Source: Macrostomum hystrix (taxonomy: Eukaryota; Animalia; Platyhelminthes). From it: a DNA stretch of 64,000 nt. Positions within the stretch are counted from its first letter, which is position 1, and the number at the start of each line of letters is the position of its first letter. The stretch covers positions 15,996,001 through 16,060,000 of the forward strand of contig CATNEN010000003.1 of NCBI GenBank assembly GCA_950097015.1. The letters run 5' to 3'. The position numbers and the translations under genes are program-made. The notes beneath the pieces are model-generated. The model was not told the origin of the DNA. It did not search any database and saw nothing but the letters and a program-made list of their open reading frames with translations. Below, piece by piece: positions 11,371-23,890 of this stretch.

Positions 11371-12826
11371 ACTCTACCCACTCTACCTGTCTCCTCGCAC
11401 TCTACATGTCTCCCCTTCACACTACCAGTCTCCCTGCCACTGTCTCCCTCACACTACCTGTCTCTACCACTCTACCTGCACAAGTTGGATATGACAGAGG
11501 GGTATGATAGAGACATATAGTTAACTATATATAAAAATATTTATACATTCGAAAAATCGAAGCTATAATCTAAATTCTGCACTGTGCATGTCCTGCAGTT
11601 TTATTATAAAGCCGGTGAATAGCTGCGACACGGGTGTAGGTGTCTGCTGGGTTACGCATTGTTTTGCCCCTGTGGTGAAATAATGTGGCATCTGGCAAAT
11701 AAAAATAAATAAATGTTAAACTGGCTGAAATTATTATTTTTTTCAATTTACTCGCAGATTCTTAATCAAACAAAAAGCTGCACATGCTAATTTAGAATTT
11801 TATTATAAAGAGAATTTTTTGTTAGAATTTTGTTCATATGACTGAAAACTGATGACGCAGTTGAATATCACGACATAAGTTCGACTTGCATGGTTATGTG
11901 TGTATGGGTTATAGTACGCTTGCGTTTGTTAATACAAAGCTTAGAGAAAACAACACGACAGACGAGAGAGAAAATAGTTGCTATGCATGCTAATCTTTTG
12001 TTTTTATGTATAGGTGACAGTGTATGCGGGTGCTAAATAATACATACGGTTTGAAAAGCAAAACAGGAAACTGCGACGATTATTGAAAAATGACACTAAG
12101 ACGTAAGCCTTTTAAACTAAACATTTTTAAGAAACAGCTTTTGTTCTCGTGACTGCATATATAATTTGTTTAGTAAAACACAAAATATTAAAAGCAAAAA
12201 AAATTGAAAATTTACTTTTTAAATCGGTGCCAAAACAAATAATTGTTTTTTGTTTGATCGAAGTCACTCGTCGAACCCGCTTGTTTGGGCGCCAATTTAA
12301 ATTCCGAGACAAAAGACTAGACCAGCTAAATAGGAAAACGATAAGGATAAATTAGCGAAACAATGCTATCATGTGATGGATACAGGGCGTAAGTTATAGT
12401 AAAAATTACAATCAATAATTGTAAAATTCACTGATGAAGTATAGGTGGAGTGATTAGCAGAAAATGATATTAGACAATAAAATGACGTACAGAACACGAC
12501 ACATAAACGTGGATCTTGCGAAAAAAAATTATTTCGATTATGCAAAACAGCAACAAAACAACGTTCTGCATAGCCTGCACTAGATAGACTACTGGGCAGT
12601 AGTGCGTCCAGAGTCAAAATGGGTTTTAAATGTTGCAAATAAAGCTGAGCTTTTAAACTTCCAAACTGAGATATATAGCTTATAATTTATATCATAAGTT
12701 AGATGGCAAGGTATGATAAAAAGCAACTTTATTACGCCAATAATTAAGTAACTAAATTGGGCAAAAATGCAAAAAACTATATATGCATACCAAATGTGGT
12801 GATAAATTCTAGTAATAAATTTAGAC

Positions 12827-14007
12827 CAGGGGTCGGCAAATTTTTTAGCGAGCGGGCCACGGAGAGAACCTATAGGACGACAGCGGGCCGTATTAACTGT
12901 AGGAATATGAGAAAGGGGAGAGATGAGACACAGGATAGATGAGAAATGGGAGAGATGAGACACCGGATAGACGAGACAGGGGAGGGATGAGCCAGAGATG
13001 AGAATAGATAAGACTGGAGAGAGACGGGAGACACGGCAGAGATGAGACAGGGGAGAGATAATTAGACACAGGACATATAAGACACTGGAGAGATGAGACA
13101 GGGGAGAGATAATTAGACACAGGACATATAAGACACTGGAGAGATGAGACAGGGGAGAGATAATTAGACACAGGACAGATAAGACACTGGAGAGATGAGA
13201 CAGGGGAGAGATAATTAGACACAGGACATATAAGACACTGGAGAGATGAGACAGGGGAGAGATAATTAGACACAGGACATATAAGACACTGGAGAGATGA
13301 GACAGGGGAGAGATAATTAGACACAGGACATATAAGACACTGGAGAGATGAGACAGGGGAGAGATAATTAGACACTGGACATATAAGACACTGGAGAGAT
13401 GAGACAGGGGAGAGATAATTAGACACAGGACATATAAGACACTGGAGAGATGAGACAGGGGAGAGATAATTAGACACAGGACATATAAGACACTGGAGAG
13501 ATGAGACAGGGGAGAGATAATTAGACACAGGACATATAAGACACTGGAGAGATGAGACAGGGGAGAGATAATTAGACACAGGACATATAAGACACTGGAG
13601 AGATGAGACAGGGGAGAGATAATTAGACACAGGACAGATAAGACACTGGAGAGATGAGACAGGGGAGAGATAATTAGACACAGGACATATAAGACACTGG
13701 AGAGATGAGACAGGGGAGAGATAATTAGACACAGGACAGATAAGACACTGGAGAGATGAGACAGGGGAGAGATAATTAGACACAGGACATATAAGACACT
13801 GGAGAGATGAGACAGGGGAGAGATAATTAGACACAGGACATATAAGACACTGGAGAGATGAGACAGGGGAGAGATAATTAGACACAGGACAGATAAGACA
13901 CTGGAGAGATGAGACAGGATACTATAGGTGGTGTAAGGGGCAACGGGCCAGATTTAGGGGCTTCGAGGGCCGCATCTGGCCCGCGGGCCGGAGTTTGCCT
14001 ACCCCTG
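12827..14007. mobile_element. Non-autonomous hAT (Charlie-like) element carrying an internal minisatellite
   Basis: TIRs CAGGGGTCGGCAAA / TTTGCCTACCCCTG (13/14 match); perfect 8-bp TSD ATTTAGAC at 12819-12826 and 14008-14015; GGCCCGCGGGCC subterminal motif. Confidence 0.92.
13038..13917. repeat. 51-bp minisatellite, ~17 near-identical units
   Basis: Unit GAGATGAGACAGGGGAGAGATAATTAGACACAGGACATATAAGACACTGGA. Confidence 0.96.
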
Positions 14008-14868
14008 ATTTAGACACTTTATATAAGATTCTAAAATGGTACTCATATAAGAATAAGTTGGAATTAATTGATCCGCTAAAGACTAATAGGGCCACAAGCA
14101 CTATGTAGTACCAACTTAGTCACGATATGAACAAAAGAAAATTAATTAGTCGACTGAATGACTGCGATTTCATGTTAATAACCCGAAACTGAATATGCCA
14201 GGTCATCATACTGCTAAAATGGTAAATAGAGAGTTTCAAAAAAGTAAGCAATTCTACCTGATTAATTAGAAATATCACGAAAGGCAGAATTAAGAACAAA
14301 GATGATATACACAAGCAGAATACGCGAATAACTGGATTGCACAGATTTATCTTGAGTAAATTAAAACGGTTGAAATGAAACAAATTCTTCTTTAAAAATA
14401 CAAGCTTAAAGCTAAAAAAGGTAAACTTAAAGCAAAAATTAGCATAGTAATTAAAATTAGGAAATGAGGGAGTACAGAAAGCAATGCTGTAAGTAGGACT
14501 GCAGGGACTAAAGCAGGATTGTAAGCATCATTAAACAATAGCGAATTCATAATACACTTCACTAACTGACAAGTGGTCCTGAGGAAAAAAACTAATTAAG
14601 CGGCAAATATCTGTCTGTACCGAATAAGAACAAGGACTAAGAAATTCGCAAACTCTTCCACTAAACGATCTTTTCATAGAAAACCAACAATATATTGCGT
14701 CATTTCCTGTGCTAAAAATAGAATGCAAGCGTGAAAAGCTAAAGCCAATGTTTATCTTCGCCAGATTGGAAAGCGAAGGAACAAATTGACAGTGAGGTAA
14801 AGAGAACAGAAATAAAGACTAAAGAAGATAATGTTAATTTTAGAATCTTTAATGAACAGACCAGACTG

Positions 14869-14940
14869 TTACACACACGTGGGCTGACCACCAGAGCTTT
14901 GTACACCAACCGAAGTATTGTACGGCACTCCGGCTGCAAC
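14869..14940 (-). CDS. IgSF gene A, alternative terminal exon 7b (VAAGVPYNTSVGVQSSGGQPTCV*)
   Basis: AATTTTAG acceptor; phase 0 matches the exon 6 donor; ends in T-C-V class I PDZ motif. Confidence 0.6.
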   Translation of the reverse strand, partial: VAAGVPYNTSVGVQSSGGQPTCV

Positions 14941-16119
14941 CTAAAATTTGGATTTAAAATCGAATCGAATCAAAATTTAATTTAATGTGACCACTAGATA
15001 TTTAGCAATTACAATTTGGTTAGGATTTTCGAATCTGAAAAAACAAGGCAGTATTCAAGGCAAATTATTTATTACTGAAACAAACAGCCCACCAAGAAAT
15101 ACTATCAGATTCCAAAACGCTACTGTAAGTAGCTGACTGTGATTTGACTCGCATTATCCCAACGACTGGAAAAAGCAGGCTATAAATCCTATTTCAAAGG
15201 AACACAACCGGAACAAACTATGAGTTATAGTAAACCGTAGAAAACTTACTTTAATAGAAAAGTAAAGTTTTGCACCACAGCTGAGAAGCAGCAGCAGCAG
15301 CGGCAGCCATAACCATATTAATTATTTGAGTTTAGTTAATCAATTGTTGCATTTCTGATGCAAAATCTCAGAGCTGTGATATAAAAATAAAGCAATCAAG
15401 AACTATAATTTTATCTAAAAAAAGTTTGTCAATGTGAAACAGATGAACGATTAACAAGATATTGTAAGTAACTAGTTTTTTATAATTCTCTCTTGATTGC
15501 AACAACTCTAATTGAGTAGATGATCAATGGTTGTTATTTTGAGATCAACTTTCACTTTTCTAAACGTAAGGTTTTCAGACATTTTTTAGAATCAAATTAA
15601 CAAAAAATTACATTTCCAATATCACAGCAGCAGCAGCGGCATCCGTTGCGTTAGCCGTGTGGTAGAAAGCAAAATCATATTTATTATTGAAACTAGCAGT
15701 AAAAATCAGGGATGCAATTAAAAGCAAGCAGTTAATCGGCTATTCGATCAATGTAGAGCCCTTGTTACCCGTAAAACATTTTACCGATAAAGTAGTTATT
15801 GCCTACTTGCAGTAATAGGTAATTTTTTCAGCCACGGATTAAAACAAAGTATACAAATGCTACAATATACTTCAAATTTTATAAAAAGACACCACCTGAC
15901 GAACCTTCGGGCCATAATTAAGTGCTGCCGACTTTTTGAAGACTTTCAATTGTTTTAAAACTAGTGAGACCTCCAAGTCTTTTAATTATATAGAGGTAGC
16001 ATATTTACAGAACTTTATGTCGTTTTTTATTAGGAAATGCATTTTTATAATTCTGATTTTTATGCTTTAGCGATAGGTAAAAAATGGATATTTTTCTATA
16101 TTCTAGCTGTATGACCAGG

Positions 16120-16188
16120 TCACACTACAGTGGAGGGCAGCTCGTCCAGTCTGGAACGCAGCACTCGCCGACTGTCGGCTGCCGAAAC
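16120..16188 (-). CDS. IgSF gene A, terminal exon 7a (VSAADSRRVLRSRLDELPSTVV*)
   Basis: CTCGCAG acceptor; phase 0; ends in T-V-V class I PDZ motif. Confidence 0.7.
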   Translation of the reverse strand, partial: VSAADSRRVLRSRLDELPSTVV

Positions 16189-17016
16189 CTGCGAGTTGTT
16201 TTTTGTTTAAATTTAACAAAATTGAACAAGCCGTAGATTTTGCACTGGAAAGGACTAATTAAAATCTATATGCAAATATATGGGAACAATAAGAAAGTCT
16301 TTAGCAAGATTATTCTAATAAACTCTCATTATTCAACGACAACAAAAACTAATACAACAAAAATAAGTTGCTGCATATTAAAACACTAGACCATTCTACA
16401 AACAGACAGTGCCATTAGAGTCGTAATTGCGTGAAAATCTAGCGTGTGAAGTTGGACAATCTATAGCGTCTGAAACACTGTGCAGTTAAACAAATCACTT
16501 TGCTGAAACTAACAAATGATACCAATATTCTAAATCTTAGGTAATTTAGGTATTTTTGTGAAAATTGCAGCAGAGCTACTAAGTCTAAAGCATACAATTA
16601 GTGTCATGAAATTCCGATAACATTTACTTGCTCGTGTGAGTGAATAGCGAAATTCGTACTATATACAAAGTTTTTGTATGAATTAACATTCGTTATACTA
16701 CCATACAAATAAAAATATCTTACATGACATTGTTCTGTCAAGGATTCTGTCTTGAGCCGGCCTGATGATAACAATTGTTATAATAAATTTGTTTGTAAAA
16801 CTATTGTTCTCATGCAAAATAAAAATGTATTATTATTATAATTATAAGTTTCTTTGCTTCTAAATAATTAGTATCAATATCAATAGCGAATTATTGACAT
16901 AAGTAGGCAATAAATTAAAATATAATGCGAGGCAGACTACTAAAAATTATAGCATACAGTATTGCGATAATACAATAGAAGGCCCAATAGATGTAACTAA
17001 ACGAGCTTTTGCTTAC

Positions 17017-17062
17017 CGCCGCATCATTTTGGTTTACTCGACCGTAGCCAACTTTGTCACTT
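17017..17062 (-). CDS. IgSF gene A, exon 6, cytoplasmic (SDKVGYGRVNQNDAA)
   Basis: TTGCAG acceptor, GTAAGC donor, phase 2->0; VGYGRV fits the ITIM consensus. Confidence 0.75.
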
Positions 17063-17169
17063 CTGCAATTGGAAATATTGGAATTAAAAATGCACTTTTT
17101 CCTATTTAGGATGACATAAATAACATGAGCCTATAATGAAAGCAATGAAAAATAACATAACAAGTGAGT

Positions 17170-17676
17170 CTATGACCTGATGATTCGGCCACAGTGATTC
17201 CATGACATCATGGTTTTGTGATAGTGAGTCTGTGACCAGATGATCCGGTCATAGTGATTCCGTGACCCCATGATTTAGTCATAGCCATTTCATGACCTCA
17301 TGATTTGGTCATACTGATTCCATGACCTCATGATTTGGTGATACTGATTCCATGACCTCATGATTTGGTCATACTGATTCCATGACCTCATGATTTGGTC
17401 ATACTGATTCCATGACCTCATGATTTGGTCATACTGATTCCATGACCTCATGATTTGGTCATACTGATTCCATGACCTCGTGATTTGGTCATACTGATTC
17501 CATGACCTCATGATTTGGTGATAGTGATTCCATGACCTCATGATTTGGTCATACTGATTCCATGACCTCATGATTTGGTCATACTGATTCCATGACCTCG
17601 TGATTTGGTCATACTGATTCCATGACCTCATGATTTGGTGATAGTGATTCCATGACCTCATGATTCGGTCATAGTG
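17170..17676. repeat. 30-bp minisatellite (CATGACCTCATGATTTGGTCATACTGATTC), intronic
   Basis: Direct reading, ~13 good units plus degenerate left units. Confidence 0.95.
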
Positions 17677-17785
17677 AAAATGTGGCAGGTATTCAGCAAT
17701 TAGCTATTATTAAATGACCAATAATGTGTTTAGGGAATAAATTCATAAACGGTTACGCAATAAATATCCACAAAATTATACTCAC

Positions 17786-17903
17786 GCAGGCTTAGGAGCG
17801 GCGCTGCGTCGCTTTAAAGCGTAGGCGATGCCGGCAGCGATAATAACGAAAGCCAGAATTGCCAAAATCACTATGCCAGCGGTCATCATTGCCGAGTTTG
17901 TAG
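17786..17903 (-). CDS. IgSF gene A, exon 5, transmembrane (TNSAMMTAGIVILAILAFVIIAAGIAYALKRRSAAPKP)
   Basis: TTTGGCAG acceptor, GTGAGT donor, phase 1->2; hydrophobic helix followed by KRR; homologous to 55361-55455. Confidence 0.85.
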
Positions 17904-19144
17904 CTGCCAAAGTTGGCCAAAAACGAAGGAAATTTAGAATGATTTGTATAAAATTTTACTTGTCTATCGACAGATATAGTTACCAATAAACTCAGCTCGC
18001 CTACTAACAGTAGAGTAGTGCAACGCATTGTAAGTAAAAAACGATTCATAAAGTAATTCTTTCAACCGGGACCCACCGCCCACACAACCATCTGATCCAC
18101 CCCAAACCTTGGGCTGCTCTCAGCCAATTCCCGAGTCAGTCAGGGAAAATATCCTCACAGCTCGCATCGCCTCCACCCTTTTCTCTTTCTCTCCCTCTCT
18201 CCACGGTAGGTCTAATTTTCCCTCTGCGCCAGCGTCCCAAGTCTCCGCCTCTTCTACCCTCCAGCCCTGACCAAAGCACTCGCCCATCCTAACCCGGCTT
18301 TCATCAACAGAGAGGCAGCCCGGGGGGGCGGCATGAGGAACACGTGACTTGAGGTTGAGAGGAGGCACAGAAAGGAAAGAAACACGCAGGAAAATAGAAA
18401 GCAAGCGGAGAGGAGGACTAGAGAAAAGTGCAGACAAGACAACTCGGCTTGCTGCTGCTGCTGCTGCTGCTATTAGTGCTCAACAAAATGCGCTCATCCT
18501 CGAGCTGAGTTGCTTTTAAGCCAATCTAACTTTAGTTTGCTCACCTCTTCGTGTACCGAGCCCCCTACCCTAGAAGGCAGAGACTTACATCCCCAGAGTC
18601 CATCATCCAGTGAGATGGGATTTGGCGGAACATTCGGCAAATCCTTAAATAACAAGCGGACAGCCTGCTTTCTGACTAGCTTCAGCACTGGAATATAAAA
18701 TAGATACTGGAAAGGAATTTTCTAAATAGAGGGGATAATTTTCCTGAATGCCAATCCTGCTATATGGAGGCTCGAGCAAGGAATATCACCCGCTTGGTTG
18801 AGCTCAATCAATGTTCATCGCTGGGGGCCAAATTCTTAGTGATAGAATCCGTATTCAATCAACTGAGGAAAGCCAATTAGTTATCCTACCGCCAGTGCTA
18901 GAGCACAATCGAGCCATTTTTAATTATAGCCGAACAACTTTTGCTACACACTTATCTTTACATTTTAAGATAATTATATCTATCATTATCATCTTTCTGT
19001 CGCCGCTTTTTAAACTAATTCTTTACTCTCCTTTTTACTCTCCTTTCCCAATATTGCCTCATTTCCATTAGTCATTTAATTGGATTGCTAAAGTCACACT
19101 TTCTCATTTTTAATTTTTCCTTCTTAAATCTTGTTTTCTCATTT

Positions 19145-19568
19145 TCTCTCCCCTGTACTCCCATCTCTCCCCTGTACTCCCATCTCCCCTGTACTCCCAT
19201 CTCTCCCCTGTACTCCCATCTCTCCCCTGTACTCCCATCTCTCCCCTGTACTCCCATCTCTCCCCTGTACTCCCATCTCTTCCCTCTTCATACCTAATTT
19301 TCCCCTGCTTTCCCATCTCTCCCCTGTACTCCCATATCCCCTGTACTCCCATCTCTCCCCTGTACTCCCATCTCCCCTGTACTCCCATCTCTCCCCTGTA
19401 CTCCCATCTCTCCCCTGTACTCCCATCTCTCCCCTGTACTCCCATCTCTCCCCTGTACTCCCATCTCTCCCCTGTACTCCCATCTCTCCCCTGTACTCCC
19501 ATCTCTCCCCTGTACTCCAATCTCTCCCCTGTACTCCCATCTCTCCCCTGTACTCCCATCTCTCCCCC
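19145..19568. repeat. 19-bp minisatellite (CCCCTGTACTCCCATCTCT)
   Basis: Direct reading. Confidence 0.95.
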
Positions 19569-20109
19569 CTTTTCTCAATTCCCCTTCATTTATGGCTCTC
19601 TCTTTTGTATTTTTTTCTTCACTATAATTAATTTTCTGTCCTGCACTCTACTTGCCAGTATTTTAAACTCTATAATTGATGCAATCGTTAATTCCAATTA
19701 GTCCCCAGTCGGCATCACAAACTGTAGCAATTAAATTAGCAAATTAAGTTAACAACTACCTAAAACCAACAATCCTGAATGATTGAAGACTAATGATTGC
19801 ACCCCCAAATAAAGTAATAATACTGTGAATCGGAGGCAGAATGGTTAAGAAAAAGTCCGCCTCTCACACCGGAGACACAGAGGAAAACGTTTAGTTGAGT
19901 GAGATGGGGTTTAGCGAGTCAGTTTAACTTGCCAGGAAATATAATAATACCATATCAGGAGTGGTAAGGAATGGACCAGATGGAGGCGAAACTGGAGAGG
20001 GAAATGGGGAAGAGGGGGAGAGAAAGGAAGAAGAGGGGAGAAGAGGAAAAAAAGAATAAAAGTATGGGAGAAGAGGCTAGAGGAATGGGGGGAACTGGTA
20101 ACAAAGTGT

Positions 20110-22240
20110 AGAGCAAGATGGGAGAGGAAAGGGAGAGCAAGGGAGAGCAAGAGGGGAGAGGAAGGGAGAGCAAGAGAGGAGAGGGAGGGAGAGCAAGAGG
20201 GGAGAGGAAGGGAGAGCAAGAGGGGAGAGGAAGGGAGAGCAAGAGAGGAGAGGGAGGGAGAGCAAGAGGGGAGAGGGAGGGAGAGCAAGAGGGGAGAGGG
20301 AGGGAGAGCAAGAGAGGAGAGAGAGGGAGAGCAAGAGGGGAGAGGAAAGGGAGAGAAAGGGAGAGCAAGAGAGGAGAGGGAGGGAGAGCAAGAGGGGAGA
20401 GGGAGGGAGAGCAAGAGGGGAGAGGGAGGGAGAGCAAGAGGGGAGAGGGAGGGAGAGCAAGATGGGAGAGGAAAGGGAAAGAAAGGGAAAGCAAGAGAGG
20501 AGAGGAAGGGAGAGCAAGAGAGGAGAGAGAGGGAGAGCAAGAGGGGAGAGGAAGGGAGAGCAAGAGAGGAGAGGGAGGGAGAGCAAGAGAGGAGAGGGAG
20601 GGAGAGCAAGAGGGGAGAGGGAGGGAGAGCAAGAGGGGAGAGGGAGGGAGAGCAAGAGGGGAGAGGGAGGGAGAGCAAGATGGGAGAGGAAAGGGAAAGA
20701 AAGGGAAAGCAAGAGAGGAGAGGAAGGGAGAGCAAGAGAGGAGAGAGAGGGAGAGCAAGAGGGGAGAAGAAAGGGAGAGAAAGGGAGAGCAAGAGAGGAG
20801 AGGGAGGGAGAGTAAGAGAGGAGAGAGAGGGAGAGGAAGAGGGGAGAGGAAAGGGAGAGAAAGGGAGAGCAAGAGAGGAGAGGGAGGGAGAGCAAGAGGG
20901 GAGAGGGAGGGAGAGGGAGGAGAGCAAGAGGGGAGAGGGAGGGAGAGCAAGATGGGAGAGGAAAGGGAAAGAAAGGGAAAGCAAGAGAGGAGAGGAAGGG
21001 AGAGCAAGAGAGGAGAGAGAGGGAGAGCAAGAGGGGAGAGGAAAGGGAGAGAAAGGGAGAGCAAGAGAGGGGAGTGAGGGAGAGCAAGAGAGGAGAGTGA
21101 GGGAGAGCAAGAGAGGAGAGGGAGGGAGAGCAAGAGAGGAGAGAGAGGGAGAGCAAGAGGGGAGAGGGAGGGAGAGCAAGAGGGGAGAGGGAGGGAGAGC
21201 AAGAGGGGAGAGGGAGGGAGAGCAAGAGAGGAGAGAGAGGGAGAGCAAGAGGGGAGAGGAAAGGGAGAGAAAGGGAGAGCAAGAGAGGAGAGGGAGGGAG
21301 AGCAAGAGAGGAGAGAGAGGGAGAGCAAGAGGGGAGAGGGAGGGAGAGCAAGAGAGGAGAGGGAGGGAGAGCAAGAGGGGAGAGGGAGGGAGAGCAAGAG
21401 AGGAGAGGGAGGGAGAGCAAGAGAGGAGAGGGAGGGAGAGCAAGAGGGGAGAGGGAGGGAGAGCAAGAGGGGAGAGGGAGGGAGAGCAAGAGGGGAGAGG
21501 GAGGGAGAGCAAGAGGGGAGAGGGAGGGAGAGCAAGAGAGGAGAGGGAGGGAGAGCAAGAGGGGAGAGGGAGGGAGAGCAAGAGAGGAGAGGGAGGGAGA
21601 GCAAGAGGGGAGAGGGAGGGAGAGCAAGAGGGGAGAGGGAGGGAGAGCAAGATGGGAGAGGAAAGGGAGAGAAAGGGAGAGCAAGAGAGGAGAGTGAGGG
21701 AGAGCAAGAGAGGAGAGTGAGGGAGAGGGAGGAGAGCAAGAGGGGAGAGGGAGGGAGAGCAAGATGGGAGAGGAAAGGGAAAGAAAGGGAAAGCAAGAGA
21801 GGAGAGGAAGGGAGAGCAAGAGAGGAGAGAGAGGGAGAGCAAGAGGGGAGAGGAAAGGGAGAGAAAGGGAGAGCAAGAGAGGAGAGTGAGGGAGAGCAAG
21901 AGAGGAGAGGGAGGGAGAGCAAGAGAGGAGAGAGAGGGAGAGCAAGAGGGGAGAGGGAGGGAGAGCAAGAGGGGAGAGGGAGGGAGAGCAAGAGAGGAGA
22001 GGGAGGGAGAGCAAGAGGGGAGAGGGAGGGAGAGCAAGAGGGGAGAGAAAGAGAGGAGAGGAAAGTAGAGCAAGAGAGGAGAGGGAGGGAGAGCAAGAGA
22101 GGAGAGGGAGGGAGAGCAAGAGGGGAGAGAAAGAGAGGAGAGGAAAGTAGAGCAAGGGAGGAGAGGGAGGGAGAGCAAGAGAGGAGAGGGAGGGAGAGCA
22201 AGAGAGGAGAGGGAGGGAGAGCAAGAGGGGAGAGGAAGGG
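20110..22240. repeat. ~23-bp polypurine minisatellite (GAGCAAGAGGGGAGAGGGAGGGA), ~2.1 kb
   Basis: Direct reading; almost pure purine on the + strand. Confidence 0.96.
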
Positions 22241-22842
22241 GAGGAAAAGGGAACTGTTGAATAAAGAAGATAGGAGGGGACAGAAAGGAACAAAATAGTG
22301 AAGAAAAGAAGAGAAAGAATCAACTATACAAAAGTTCTACTTCACAGGCAAAACACACAGCAGACAGAAAGTCACATGGCTTTTAGCACTGCCTAATTGA
22401 GTCCTTTAGCTAAACAGGCAATAAAGAAGCCAAGCTTAAGATAAAAAGACAACCAAGCTTTAGAGATTTTTTCTAATCAGAAAGCAATCTGTCTTCTTTA
22501 ACTCAACTCGATTTATCTTTTAAAAAATTTCTAAAAGCTAACAACTAGTTTCGTCTCTTTTTCTTTCGAAGTCTAGAATTGATTTCCAAGGAGTCCAAAC
22601 AGAAATCTCCACGCATTCTATTCTAAGGGCTACTGAAAAATCCTATTTAAATTGATTGACTATCAGAAGCAATCTAATTTGAGGAAGTATTGGGAAACGG
22701 AGGGCCGGGGGATGAAATAGGGGGAAGAAAATGAGGGATGAGAGTAAAGAGGGATTTAGACACGGCGAAGAGGGCTAAAATCCTATGCAATTTAGTTTCC
22801 TTGTGTTTCTCAGCGCGTCAACACGTACTGGCATTGCCTCAA

Positions 22843-23012
22843 CAGTCACTCTACATAACCTAGTCATTACCCTCTCAGTCAATCTACATGAACTGGTCAT
22901 TACCCTCTAGTCAATCTACATGAACTGGTCATTACCCTCTCAGTCAGTCTTCATGAACTGTTCATTACCCTCTCAGTCTACATAAACTGGTCATCACCCT
23001 CTCAGTCAGTCT
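22843..23012. repeat. Degenerate ~33-bp tandem repeat, ~5 units
   Basis: TCAGTCAATCTACATGAACTGGTCATTACCCTC recurs. Confidence 0.8.
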
Positions 23013-23890
23013 ATGAACAAGTGAATCAGATTCTAATTAACTGACAACGTCTTTCTACTAGCCAAATATATAGCATATTGGATGTCTTTTTAATGTAGCA
23101 AAGTTAACGATAGCACTTAATTTTCATGTATCAATTTTTTATAACAGAAATGCATTTGTTTTTAACAAAAAATGCTACTTCTCTACAACTGATAAATCCG
23201 AACATCACACAAGGAAATTCAAACATTCTTTCATCCCATCTCAATCCTAAGATTTATTATACATATAAAATATATCCAACCTAGCCTTTGTCATCGTTGA
23301 CAGACACGACTAAAACAGAAATTTAAATTTATTCTATACAATTTGAATTTGAATATTTAAATTCACATATTTAGTTTCATCTATGAGGGCAGAAAATTTT
23401 ATTGAACTGTGTCGTCATTTTGTCTGTTCCGTATGTTTATCGTTGGGTAGGTGTGCATATTAGGATTTAAGTTTTTTGTCTACGGTAGTAATAAACATCA
23501 TCAGCACAGCTGGCTTTTTCTTTAGTCTTGCAGCATCAGCAGCAGCAGCGGGCAGTTAAAAGTTAATTGCAAAACCTCAGCTGTTAGTATTTAGGCTAGC
23601 TGCATGATATAGTGTGTTGTGCAGCTAATATAGAGTACGCAACAGTCCTACTTCCTCCAACCCCAATTCCTATCCTCCCTGTACCACTCATTCTTTTCCT
23701 TTTCCTTGATTCTAGATATTTAACGCACGCAAACCCTTATTAAAAGTCCTTCTCTATCATGCAACTGAAGCAGTGCCAGCAGTACTAAACTGGTATGCAC
23801 ATGTACCACAAGCTGATACTGCCTATAATAATTTAGAATTGTAGTGATTATATTGACTTGATTGCAGCTGAGGTTAGATGAGTAAGTTCG

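Noticed and set aside
12893-13885. 330-aa Cys-containing repeat ORF
   Set aside because: Translation of the 51-bp satellite inside a MITE
19911-22323. 750-aa Leu/Ser/Pro and Glu/Arg/Gly ORFs
   Set aside because: Stop-free translations of a polypurine minisatellite, open in several frames, inside an intron
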